A stretch of DNA of 63,784 nucleotides, filler included, from Reticulomyxa filosa (lineage: Eukaryota > Protista > Foraminifera): NCBI GenBank assembly GCA_000512085.1. It is 25 parts of 25 records of this genome, joined end to end, with 100 filler letters (N's around TTAATTAATTAA, not from the genome) between each part and the next. Parts side by side here need not be neighbours in the genome. Positions count along the whole stretch, not along the records: positions 1 to 1,744 come from ASPP01003201.1; positions 1,845 to 6,939 come from ASPP01042898.1; positions 7,040 to 9,417 come from ASPP01005128.1; positions 9,518 to 14,766 come from ASPP01000188.1; 21 more parts are not named here. One strand, given 5' to 3'. The notes below the pieces were generated by a model, which saw nothing but the letters and a program-made list of their open reading frames with translations, had not been told where the DNA came from and did not search any database. Positions 1 through 11,073 of this stretch are shown here, in pieces. Every line of letters begins with the position of its first letter. Positions within the stretch are counted from its first letter, which is position 1. The translations under genes and the position numbers were made by a program.

Positions 1-351
1 TATTATCGTTCTTTTTGATTTGCTCAACAATATCAATAAACTTTTGCATAAATGCTTAAGACTAACGTTTCATATATCTTCATTAATATGCAATATAATG
101 ACTAATTGATATTTTTCTAATAATATTTTTTTTTGTCTTTGTTCGTTCGATTTAACAGTTATTACAAAATGTAAGATTTTCTTACTGTTTCAAAACAAGA
201 TATATAACAAAAAAAAAAGATAAAACGAAAATTAAGTTGTTAGTAAAGAGTTCACTAGTCAGTAATGTAATTTTCGGTAATTTAGTATGTAATACAGTTT
301 TCAGTAAAAAAAATTATGTCAATGATTTTTTCACAACACAAGAAAATTGAC

Positions 352-840
352 TTACTTATAATTTGACAACTCGATTAAATTCATATCAGGATCTCTGCAA
401 TAAATGGACAAAATAGGACCATTTGCACCCGTTCTTTCAACAGGTCCTTCTATAATTTTAATGTTATCAATTTCTAAACGCTTTTTAAGTTCATAGATAT
501 CTCGACTCACAATAAAGCATAAGTCTTGAGAACCAGGAAGAGCATTTTGAGCTTTTGGTTCAATTTCATGTCCTTGAAGATGCAAGTTTATTTTTGTATT
601 CCCAAAATGTAATGCGTGTCGATAATTTTCTTTATTTCCAAATCTAACATATCTCATGCCTAAATATGTTTGATAAAAATTGATTGATTTATTCAAATCT
701 TTGACTGTCAACACCAAATGGTCTAATGAACACATTATGTCGTCCTTGGTGTTCACAAAATGCCGTCGCATTGGTAGAGGAGACTTCTGAAACGGCCATG
801 CATATTTTTGTTTCAACAAAGTTTTAGTAACGGCCAGCAT
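352..840 (-). CDS. VOC/glyoxalase-family protein (GLOD5-like) with possible mitochondrial presequence
   Basis: Motifs LDHLVLTV..., KINLH, PGSQDLCF, EGPVERTGANGPILSIYCRDPDMNLIE are typical of the VOC superfamily. The ATG at 840 gives a basic, acid-free N-terminus (MLAVTKTLLKQK...MRRHF). Intronless. Confidence 0.88.
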   Translation of the reverse strand: MLAVTKTLLKQKYAWPFQKSPLPMRRHFVNTKDDIMCSLDHLVLTVKDLNKSINFYQTYLGMRYVRFGNKENYRHALHFGNTKINLHLQGHEIEPKAQNALPGSQDLCFIVSRDIYELKKRLEIDNIKIIEGPVERTGANGPILSIYCRDPDMNLIELSNYK

Positions 841-1318
841 TCTTAGGTTTGGCAACAAAAAAAGTTCAAGCCAAACGTTCAAACTAGTAAAAAATACGTT
901 TTAGGAAATGGCCATCTAATATAAGATATCTGACTGGTGTCCTTCTTTTTGCTGAAATCATACAAATAAAAATTATTTTTATGACCCGTTGTAATTCGTT
1001 TTCAAGAATCAAATAAATTTCATTATCGCATCTATGTTTTTGAAATTTCCCTAAATTTAAAGCATTTTATGATCCAGTAATGTAAGGAAATTTCAAAAAG
1101 TAATGAATTCATTTGACCTTGAAGAAGACTCTATAAGGTGGCGCATTGAAAAATTGGGAGAACGAAAAAATGTTTGTAATCCTTGAGATTGTTTTCACAG
1201 AAGATGATTTAAATTTTTTATTTTTTTGAGACATTAAAAACAAGCAGACAGAATGTTCCGTATATTTGCAAGCTCCTTTTAAAAAATGTTTATGTTTCTT
1301 TTATTCGTTTTGATCATG

Positions 1319-1696
1319 TCAAACAGCATCAGCAACGACGATGCTAAAGAATGGATTCACAATGGGATCCAGTTTTCGTTTGAACCCAGTTTTTTCAAAT
1401 AACGAGTCAAAGTCTTTGACACTTCTCTCTCGGCCACCTGTCGCATAGAGCATATGTACGTCAATGAAATTGACCATAGGGTTAGCTTTTTCCCCAGGTT
1501 CGGAAGTTAGCCCTGTTTCGCAAACAATTAATTTCGAAGAGTTATGGCAATTCTTGCGAATGTTGGACAATATTTGTATGCTCTCTTTGTCAGTCCAATC
1601 GTGCAAAACAAGCTTCAAAATATATCCATCCGCTTGTATCGGTACTTTCTCAAAGAAATTGCCACTAACAAATTCCACATTCAAATCTTTCGGTAC
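1319..1696 (-). CDS. SAM-dependent O-methyltransferase (Methyltransf_2, COMT/ASMT-like), last exon; 5' partial
   Basis: VEFVSGNFFEKVP..ADGYILKLVLHDWTD and DVHML..TGGRERS...FEKTGF motifs; a pyrimidine tract and AG acceptor near 1697. Confidence 0.88.
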   Translation of the reverse strand, partial: VPKDLNVEFVSGNFFEKVPIQADGYILKLVLHDWTDKESIQILSNIRKNCHNSSKLIVCETGLTSEPGEKANPMVNFIDVHMLYATGGRERSVKDFDSLFEKTGFKRKLDPIVNPFFSIVVADAV

Positions 1697-1744
1697 TAGG
1701 AAGAGGATTGACACAACAGTAGAGAGAGAGGCAAGGGAGAAGAC

Positions 1745-1844
1745 NNNNNNNNNNNNNNNNNNNNNNNNNNNNNNNNNNNNNNNNNNNNTTAATTAATTAA
1801 NNNNNNNNNNNNNNNNNNNNNNNNNNNNNNNNNNNNNNNNNNNN
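1745..1844. other. Artificial contig spacer (first of 24; others at about 6940, 9418, 14767, 17626, 18735, 20172, 22859, 25004, 26455, 28196, 30036, 31662, 33765, 35617, 37597, 39201, 48488, 53000, 55893, 58596, 59821, 61185, 62678)
   Basis: Identical ~100-nt N-run/TTAATTAATTAA/N-run block that puts stop codons in all six frames; genes are truncated at these blocks. Confidence 0.98.
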
Positions 1845-4800
1845 GATCCATCAATACAATAATTTGATAAGTGATTTCAAAAACATGTTGCACTTGTTGT
1901 GGATCATCAAAAAATGATTGAACAAATTCTAATTCATTGGAATTGAAAGTACATTTTTTGAAACTTGGATAACAACGATCAATATTATCCAAAATACTTT
2001 GAATGGTTAATTCATTTGCATATTCAAACATTGCGACACTGATGTTGATTTCATGTCTGCCAAATATAGCACGATCATATATTTCATTCTCAATTGATTC
2101 AAAATCAATCCATTCATTACGATAATCTTGTCCATATTCCAAAGTTGGACAATACCATGATCGAATAATATTATCAACTTCCTCCTTGTCAACATAAACA
2201 ACATCTTGATTGGTAATATCAAATAAAGATTTTGAAATAACAATAGAAGTTGGATTATTATCATATTTTTGTTCGTCTTTCTCTTCTTGTTTTTTTTTTC
2301 GATGTCTGAAGAAGAGAAAGAGGGAGATTTTCTTCTATAAGAGCCAGTATTTTTCAATAAGTTATTGTGGATATCTTGTAACATCTCAACGATGGCAACA
2401 ATGAATAATCCTGGAGTATTTTTGTGTGCAGTGCAATGATTAAAACTTACTTCTTTATCATTATCGGACAGCTTGGGAATTTTGATCTCTGCTGATCCAA
2501 TATTAGCACGTTCATTCACAAACACATTCCAACATTGTCTGAATCTTTGCCATTCTTGAATAATATGTAGGTTATGACAATTGCTAATAATTGTGTTCAT
2601 TGTTGTATTTTGGCATTCTCGATATGTCAATCTTCCAGAATATTCCATATAACAATATTTCATCCATTGTCCAATAGAAGATAAAGACTGCAGACATTCT
2701 AATTTGTCAATTATTTTCAAAGTATTAAACAACAAAGGATATTTGTTTGCCAATTCAATATTGTCGCATAATCTGAATAACAATTCTTCGGATGACATCC
2801 TTCGGGTCACCAAAAACAAATTGCGAACAAGAAATTCTTTATCATTTTGAAAGATCATTTCTTCCTTCTTTTCGCGAATGATATGACTAATTTCATTGTC
2901 ATAAACAAGTACTGATTCCAATATTTCTGGTTTGTGAAATATGATATATACTCTTTTTCGAACATTTTTTCAAAATTGTGAATGATAGTTGGAGTCACAA
3001 CTTGAAATTTCTCTGGGCCTGCTTGATTGTACCATTGTCCAAATTCACACAACCAACGATGCAATGCTATAGAGAGCTGTTCCTCATTCAATCCTGTCAT
3101 TTTACACAATAACATAAATTTTTCTTTGGCACGCCTCCATAAAAGTTCGGTTATATTGTCCGAACTTTGCAACAATTTGATGAGAATTGGGCAACCCTTC
3201 AATTCGCTCACGTCTCTTAATAGCATTGTCAAAGAGCTCAGTAATTGCAACAATCCACAAATCACTGGAGATATGTCCAGTTGTGATTTAAGATCGAAAT
3301 CTACATTTGGATCACGCCTTTTTTAAAAAAAAAAAAGGAATAACAATAGTTAATGGATAAACAGTATTAAAAAACAACACATACCGATTATCAATTTCAA
3401 AATGTACGTTGGTTTGATGTGCAAGAAGTTCTGGTTCGTCAATCTTGGCAGAACACCAGGGATCAGTACATTTGGTGACCCTTCGAACAGTGCCACGTTT
3501 TTTCATCAATAAAGCATGTCCATTTCGACAATAATACAATGAAAAGGTGCTGATTTTTACATCTCCATTCTTTGAAGACTCTCCAGGCAAACGTTGGTTT
3601 TCATATTGATCAGGATTGTTTAGTAATATTGTAAAGGGATTGGCTGTCATAGTTTCATATTTGAACACAAGCAAAGTAAGGCAAATAAATAAATATGTAA
3701 AGTAAAAAAGTGTGAACTATGAATTGTCGCATTAAAAACTTTTAGTAATTTGAAGAGTTCCTAGCCAATGAATACAAATTCTGGCAACAATAGGATGAGT
3801 TGTATCTTCGGCATTAGACGAATAAAACATCTTCGATCGTGTATCGATAGGATCTTGCTTAAGTAAATTGGTGATGCAGGCGACACTGGATCCAGGATTG
3901 ACAATATTACAACTCAACAGTTGTGCTTGTATGTCTATTGCATTTTCTTTCAAGTTTGTTAAAAACAAGGAGTGAAAACAAGAACAAAATTGAGTGTGAC
4001 TTTATGGATCACGTAACTGAATGGAGATATGCGGGAGGTATCCGATGCGACAAATAAGGCAGCAATCAATAGAGGAACAAAATCTTCTTTTTCTGTGATA
4101 ACACAGTTTTTGATAGTATCAATACTTGATAACTTTTTTTTAAAATTATGATATTTATTTGCGAAGGCTTTGTCGAATGGAGTCTCCAACCATGTATGCT
4201 TGTCTCTTGGTTTCAATTCTGAAAATACGCAACTCTGTGTTTCAGATGCAAAGATAGGATATTTCTTTCTTATATCGGATTGAGTGAAAAAGTTTTGTGT
4301 CCAACAAGGACCTTTCAACATGCAACACTGTTTTAAAAACCAAATGTGCAAGTATTGTTCGTACAAATGTGAAGCATTGCCGAATTGAGTTTTCTTACTT
4401 TTGAAATATGACAATCCGTCACTAATGCTCGCCAAAGTAGAATTAAGTGTCCCGTTAGGGAATTCTTCAATTGTATTGTATCTACACAAGAACTCTATGT
4501 GTTTCGTCAATTGCACTTTGAGTTTGGAAATAGCCTCAATTTTTTCAATTGTATTTGGATTAGACACCATATTACAATCGGATATCGTTTGATTCATCAA
4601 CATTCGTTCGTATACACGACTCAAAGAAGCATTTTCGAAGCCATGTTTTTCAATAAAGGTCGGATCCACTCCTTTTATTTTGACAAGAAGGAATTCCAAT
4701 GCTTGTTGTTTTAATATATTTATAGAATAGTCCTTAGGGAATTCCTGAAATCTACACAAGAGGTATCCAATTACATTTTGAAACATCAATTTGGCTATTT

Positions 4801-6939
4801 GTTCGTTCAAAGGTTCCACTCGTTGGACAGTGTATAACAAATCTCGAATGAAATAGATAGCTTTTCGCACTAATGAAATAGAAAGAGAATGACATCCAAT
4901 AACCGAATCTATCATTTCTATAAGTATATCCCCTGTTGCAAATCCTCTTTTTGCCAACATTAATGTGTTCACTGCGACAAGGTTATCTTTGGATGAGACT
5001 GAATAACAATCGATTGTCCAAAAATGTTTGAGTCCAAGATTTTTTATCTGAAGTTGTCGATACGCAGATAAAAACTCTTGGTATTCCTTCTCTTCTGAAT
5101 ATCGTTCATGCAGGAAACTTGCAATGATTTGCAAAGCATCACATATAAGATGAATCTTGTCAGGAATGTTCTCTACGTCATTTATTTGAGATGGAGGCCA
5201 CAAGAAATATTCGGACAATTTCAATGTTATTTTGGTCAATTGAATTAACGGGGCATGACTTACATTGGATAATTGCTTGATACTGGACCACGTCTTGGGA
5301 TCGTCACATAGTGACAATAATTGAACATAATTCCCTATCACATCTTCCAGATAGTAAAGAATCACCTCAATCAATGGAATACTTATTTTCAAACTCGTTT
5401 CATCTATTATAATTTCACCAACCCAAAATACAATGCCTTTGACAATGTCGGGTATATCATTATTTGCTTCGACAGAAATATATCGATGAAACATTCCCCG
5501 AATCACGTCTTTCGTATACATTGCACACTCCTCTTTCTCAAAATTATTCAGCAAGAAAAACTGTTTGCCATGAACATCAAGAATTTTTTTAAAGGAATAT
5601 GCAATTTTCAATATTTCATCGTCAATGGTTGCTCTGTTTCTGCGCTTCTTCAAGCCGACAATATGCTCGTGCACCCACTTGTCAGCATCAGTATGCCAAA
5701 CATGACTCTCTTGAATTTGTGAAACAGACCAAAGATGAAAATTCCAACTGAAAGGAAATTGTGCTTTGTACAATACTTTCACCTTGAAAAAATGTAAATG
5801 TTTGTTCAATGTGTTAGTTTGATCGGATATTGGAATAAACTGTTCATCTTTTGCACTATTTACAAAAATAGAGGACAGATCAGATTGGTTCAGATTGTCA
5901 AGCGCTGCCTATTTATAATGGTATAGTTACAGTTAATAATTAGAACATTTTCTATAAGCAACCAAAAAATTTTTTTTGTTAAACTTTCAAATAACAATTT
6001 TCGCAAAGTGCCAACAGAACCTGAAGCCATCCCTTAGTGATCAAACTGTCCACAATATTTTCATAGTTTTGAATAAAACGGCCTTGATATTCATTTTTGT
6101 GAGGCTGTGATTTTTTGTACAGTCCTTTTTCCAAAATCTCGCAAATTGTATTATTATCAGTCATCTTGTTCACTTCTTTTTTTAGTCGTTCTATCAACAT
6201 GTCGTGCATAGGTTTTGATAAGACGCTAAAATCTCCAAATCCATGTTTAATTTTCAACAAGGTACTATGAAAAGAAGGGAGTTTCAAGTAATAAAATGCC
6301 CGTTGTAAATTCTTTTTCAATATCTTTTATTTTATTCACAAATTCACAGAGATATTATACAAAATCTCACAAACACACATCAACAACACAAATAACTGGT
6401 ATTGAAGATGGGTCATCGATCATAGTTAATTTATTGTTTTGAATAATATCTCCAAAAGAAAGTGAAGATTGATTGGTCAGTGAATCAACAAATACTGTCT
6501 TCCATTTTCTATGTTTTTTTCAATCTTTTTAAAATTATTAAAAAACAAATGCAAATAATATAAAATAAAAACAGATTAACTTGGCAAAGATGATTGGAAA
6601 AGGATGCTGCAATTTATGTACATTACGCACAATGAGAATAATCAATTTTTTTCCTTTTGAATTTTGTATATTGCTGTATTTCTCTTCATCTTCGTTTTTG
6701 TATTTCTTTTCATCTTCATCTTTGTCTTTGTTGTAATTTTTATAATATGAATCATGAGAAGTTTCAAGGATCCATTTAATTTGCAAAAACTGTGTTAAAT
6801 CATCAGACTTTTTATGTTGATATCTTATAATAAACTTGTCCAAATTATTTTGTGTGAAGAATTGTTTGACATCCTGTTCAAAATGACTCACTTTTGCATA
6901 GTCTTCCACACGTTTGCAATCCCATTTGCGTTGAAAGGC
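1845..6939 (-). CDS. RNF213/mysterin-like giant E3 ligase, C-terminal E3 region (multi-exon, partial at both ends)
   Basis: Ordered motifs that match my recollection of RNF213: AQFPFSW (~5760), RLPG followed by an RZ finger CRNGH-x15-C-x4-C (3530-3453), WQRFRQCWN...GLFIVAIVEMLQDIHN (~2550-2360), EYGQ...IDFESIENEIYDRAIFGR (~2140-2055). Exons are separated by GT-AG introns or homopolymer frameshifts. Confidence 0.75.
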
Positions 6940-7039
6940 NNNNNNNNNNNNNNNNNNNNNNNNNNNNNNNNNNNNNNNNNNNNTTAATTAATTAANNNNN
7001 NNNNNNNNNNNNNNNNNNNNNNNNNNNNNNNNNNNNNNN

Positions 7040-8682
7040 CTCGACAAATGACATGGTCACTCCAAACAAAAATAAGTTGGAAAAGAATACCAACGTATGG
7101 ATGCTACAGGGCTCGTAGCACAGCACTATGTATACGTAGCCATGCATGTTACATTTAAGTATACGTAAAAAAAAAAAAAAAAAAAAAGTAACGTTGAAAA
7201 AATTTGTTATGTGACGTCCGTGAATCGTACGAAGGGATGGAATTAAATCCAGTCCAAGACAAGAATGGAGTGAACGAACGCGACGTGAGTGCAGAAGGGC
7301 TGTGAGATACACGTTCATCTTTCTCCGTGCTGACGCTCGCGCTATCACTCATTTCTTGTTTGTTCGAGTACGGCAACGCCCTTTGCACTTTGATTTCCAA
7401 GAGGTTGGAGTGCGACGTATCCGGTCCAGTGGCTCCATCTTGGATATTGGATCGCTTCACTTTCGAAGAGAGTAGAGGGTCATAGTGGGACGAAGAGGCT
7501 CCACTTCCTCCCCCTCCTCCTCCTCCAGGGACTGTTGTTACAATGGGTGGAGTTGTACGTACAATGCTTTGTTGCGGAGTTAGCACTCCAAACGTCACTA
7601 TCGTCGTGCTGACGTCCATGCTTTTTTTAAATGGACGTTTGCCGATTAAATGAGTGGCCAAATGGCTTGCATGTATTTTATTGGGTTGATATTTATGTTT
7701 GGCGGTATCTTTTTGTAGCTCACATCTGCCGTCGCGACCCATGGGGAAAGGCAGAAGTGGAGGCGGTGGTAATGGCTCAAATGCGATGGTAGGATTGACC
7801 AACGATAAGGAAAACATAAACAGCAATGCTACCAACAGTAACCACTCCAAACACATACACGCATCATACAAATATAATATTGTGTCGGTCGAAGTGCTGC
7901 TCACCAACACTCCGCATCCTACTGCTCCAAGACCCCATCCACTTGCTGCCCATGCTTGGTATGAACTTTGACGGGTCATCACCGGATCATCGCCATCACT
8001 GTTGCTATGGCACAGCTTTTTACTCTTTTTTTCTCCATTGACTCCTTTTTTAGGATTTTTTGGAGCCACTGACTGTTTACTTGACTGGAGCTGCTCCTTC
8101 TTTCTTTCCTCTATGTCCGATGCTTCTGGCTCTAAAATTCGTTTTGCCTCCATTTCTGACTTGGACGCTGATCCTAAGTTGGAGGCACTCTTTTCTGCTT
8201 TTGCGTCGATTTTGAAAGAGATGTCGCTTTCATAATTCTTTTTTCCGTCATTTTTTGGAGACAGAGTTCCTTTTCTTTTCTTTTTTTTTTGGATTGGAGG
8301 CAGGATTATCCAATGCATTCATACAAACACCATCTAATAGATTTATGCAGCTGCCAAAGAAACATCCCAATGCAACAGCCAAAAACGTGTACCAAAATTT
8401 GGATTGAATTGTGGGGCATAGCAACGACGTATAACTTATGGTTGAAATCACTGATCCTGAAAATAAGAGCACAATTTGACACTTTGTGCGATTGCCTACA
8501 AAGTCCCAAAAGATCGATGCTATAAATCCTATGCCTGGACGCAACGCTATTAGGACTCCTATTTCAGAAGGTGAATATCCAAGATCGAATAAAAACAATA
8601 TTAAAAATCGCGTTAAAATGCCCAACGCACAACCATTCCAAAAATATATCCCACATAATAACACCACGGGGGAATCGATCAT
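7040..8682 (-). CDS. MFS transporter, MFSD6-like; 3' partial
   Basis: TM helices with the FLILFLFDLGYSPSEIGVLIALRPGIGFIASIFWD motif and the YQAW..SGWGLG motif, plus long polar loops. A frame change occurs at the poly-T tract ~8271-8290 and there is an intron near 7130-7190. Confidence 0.75.
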
Positions 8683-9366
8683 CTCTTTCAATTTTGAATT
8701 TCCCCCTTTCCCGCTTTTGTGGAAATGGTTCCTTTTTTTTTTTTTTGTTTGCTTCTGATTTATCAATGACAAGATACTTTTGAAAGGTTTAAAAATTAAA
8801 AATTCCGTTTACAGGAGGATAAAAGCATAATTGTTGCTAGCTAGCTGAGTTTAAATTTACAAGAGAAGTGGTTTCGTAACAAATGTCAAAGCGTTTAATT
8901 TGTTTTATTTTTGTTTGTACTTTAAAAAATTTTAATTGTGTAAGAAAAACAAAAAAAAAAAATATTGTTACCATTATTCCAAGAAGAGCCATGAAATTTT
9001 GAAAGCGTGTGATTTTTTCGTTATGCACGATTTTCCATTTCAAAAAGAAAACCAAGTTAAAAAAAGAAAAGTGTCAAAATTGTAACCCAGCCATAGAAAG
9101 ATATTATTTTTCCCTTTTGCAAAAGTAAAAAAAGGACAGAAACAACCCAACAAAATCAAATATAAAATATGGATATGCAAAAACAGAACAGAATAAGAAA
9201 GATAAGATAGATTTGTACAAAACCAAAACAAAGTACAGAATAGACCTAAGCCCGTAATAATAATAATAATAATAAAAAGCTGCTTTTACAAAACAACACA
9301 ACAAAGAGCCTTTGGTATTTCATCTTTGTTCGCACTAGTGTCCGTCGTCGGTGCTGTATAGCAAGT

Positions 9367-9407
<41 letters not shown>

Positions 9408-9517
9408 CCCCCCCCCCNNNNNNNNNNNNNNNNNNNNNNNNNNNNNNNNNNNNNNNNNNNNTTAATTAATTAANNNNNNNNNNNNNNNNNNNNNNNNNNN
9501 NNNNNNNNNNNNNNNNN

Positions 9518-10079
9518 GAATGTGGATGTGGATCTATCTTGTTTGCTAAGAAAGGGACTGACTCTAACCAATGACAACAACTTAGTCACTAGTGATATGA
9601 TTGATATCACAAAGTGCAGTTTAAAGATTGCGGTAAGAAGGATGTATTATCATTACATTGATTCAAATTCACGAATGCAAATCAACTTGTCTTACTCTGA
9701 TCGAACTTACATCCAAGATTTTGTCAAAAAGTACCTGGAAGAAGACTCCAAAGTTGATTTACATCTACCTTGCAAAGGCTTGTGGAATTTTAATCGAATC
9801 AAATTTTTTGTTGATACCGAATTTGAGCTGGCAAGGATTACTCGTTACAAATGCGTGCCGACTGAATTGATTCAAATTATTACTTCCTTTATACAAGATT
9901 TCGGATTGGAAGTGGTACCTATAATTGAATGTGCATATATTCAAATATTGAGTCTAATGAATGACTCCTTCTATCGTTTGGCTCATACTCCTGGCTGGAC
10001 ATTATATCATCAACAAACTTTTAAACAATCTCAGAGACCAATAAAACAGCATTGGCATATAACTCAATTTACCTCTTAA
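9518..10079 (+). CDS. RGS-domain protein (C-terminal part; 5' partial)
   Basis: RRMYYHYIDSNSRMQINLSYSDR and AYIQILSLMNDSFYRL match the RGS helix 6-9 signatures. Confidence 0.8.
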
Positions 10080-10219
10080 TATTCATTTTTTCTGCTTTTT
10101 TTTTTGTAAATCCTTGCTTTGAAATAATATATTTTTGGAAAAAAAATGTGTTGGATGAGTTTGCATTCGTTTTTTTGCTTTACTTTGAACTAAATTCATT
10201 TGTTGCTTTCAATTTTAGG

Positions 10220-10365
10220 TCTACTCGTTACCAACAAAAAAAATATTGTCGTATTTTAACTTCAGTCTCAAACAACACTCTGAACTTGCCTACGATCATA
10301 CTACTTTCAGATTTTTTAGTAATTTCATGTCTGTGCTTTGGACTAAATAAAAAGGGACTAAACAT
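10220..10365 (+). pseudogene. Decayed remnant of a paralog of the downstream kelch-like gene
   Basis: Encodes ILTSVSNNTL, versus LLTSVSNNTL at ~11521, with different synonymous codons; weak DNA similarity continues downstream (GTAATT...TGGAC...ATAAA). Confidence 0.45.
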
Positions 10366-11073
10366 GAAAGATAAAAAAATAAAAAAAATGGAACTGAACT
10401 CGTTTCAGAACCCTTTTATTCAATACAATTTTTTTTCCAAATAAGAAATGCTTCTATTGTATTGTCCAACTTTATTTCATCATCGTTTCCAAAAGCAAGT
10501 AGTTTTTAGAAAATTTACAAAATGGAAAGACCCCCAAAAAGGGGCTACTTCAATTTTATTTTATTTTTTCTCTGTAATGTTTGTGTTTTAGCAACCTAAA
10601 AAGAAATAAAGAAAGGCTTTGGAAACGGATAAAACCATAAGAACAAATGAATTATGGTCATCTTTTTTGGTTTGTTCTTCGAAGAGTCAACACAATATTG
10701 TTCAAACAAAATATTCGATTTTCTTATGAAAAACTTTAAATTTGGTGTAAAAATAAACTGAAATATGTTCAAATGAATAAGAAGTTGTCTTGAATATCAT
10801 GCATGGTGCAATTAATTTACTTTCAAGCAATGGACATAAATACATCAAACAAAATAAAGAAAATATATCCTTCAAACTACTGTGCATTTTTGCTGAAATT
10901 TTAAGACTTCAATCCATTTTTGAAGCTTTTTTAAAATTTAAGATGGCTAAAACAACCTTGAAACTCTGCACAGTTATAGTACTTTGAAATCTCTCGTTCC
11001 TTTTTTAGTACTTACAACAAAGTCGCAGCTGGCAAATCCAAAGCAAACAAATAAATAAATAAAAAGAGTAATT

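Noticed and set aside
1789-1800. Recurrent palindrome TTAATTAATTAA as a biological repeat or insertion site
   Set aside because: It is always centred in fixed-length N-runs and gives six-frame stops, so it is an artificial contig joiner. Gene neighbourhoods across it were not interpreted.
8271-8290. Programmed frameshifts at homopolymer runs (also ~44641 and ~50512)
   Set aside because: They coincide with long poly-A/T tracts, the classic sequencing/assembly indel error, and no stimulatory structure is evident.
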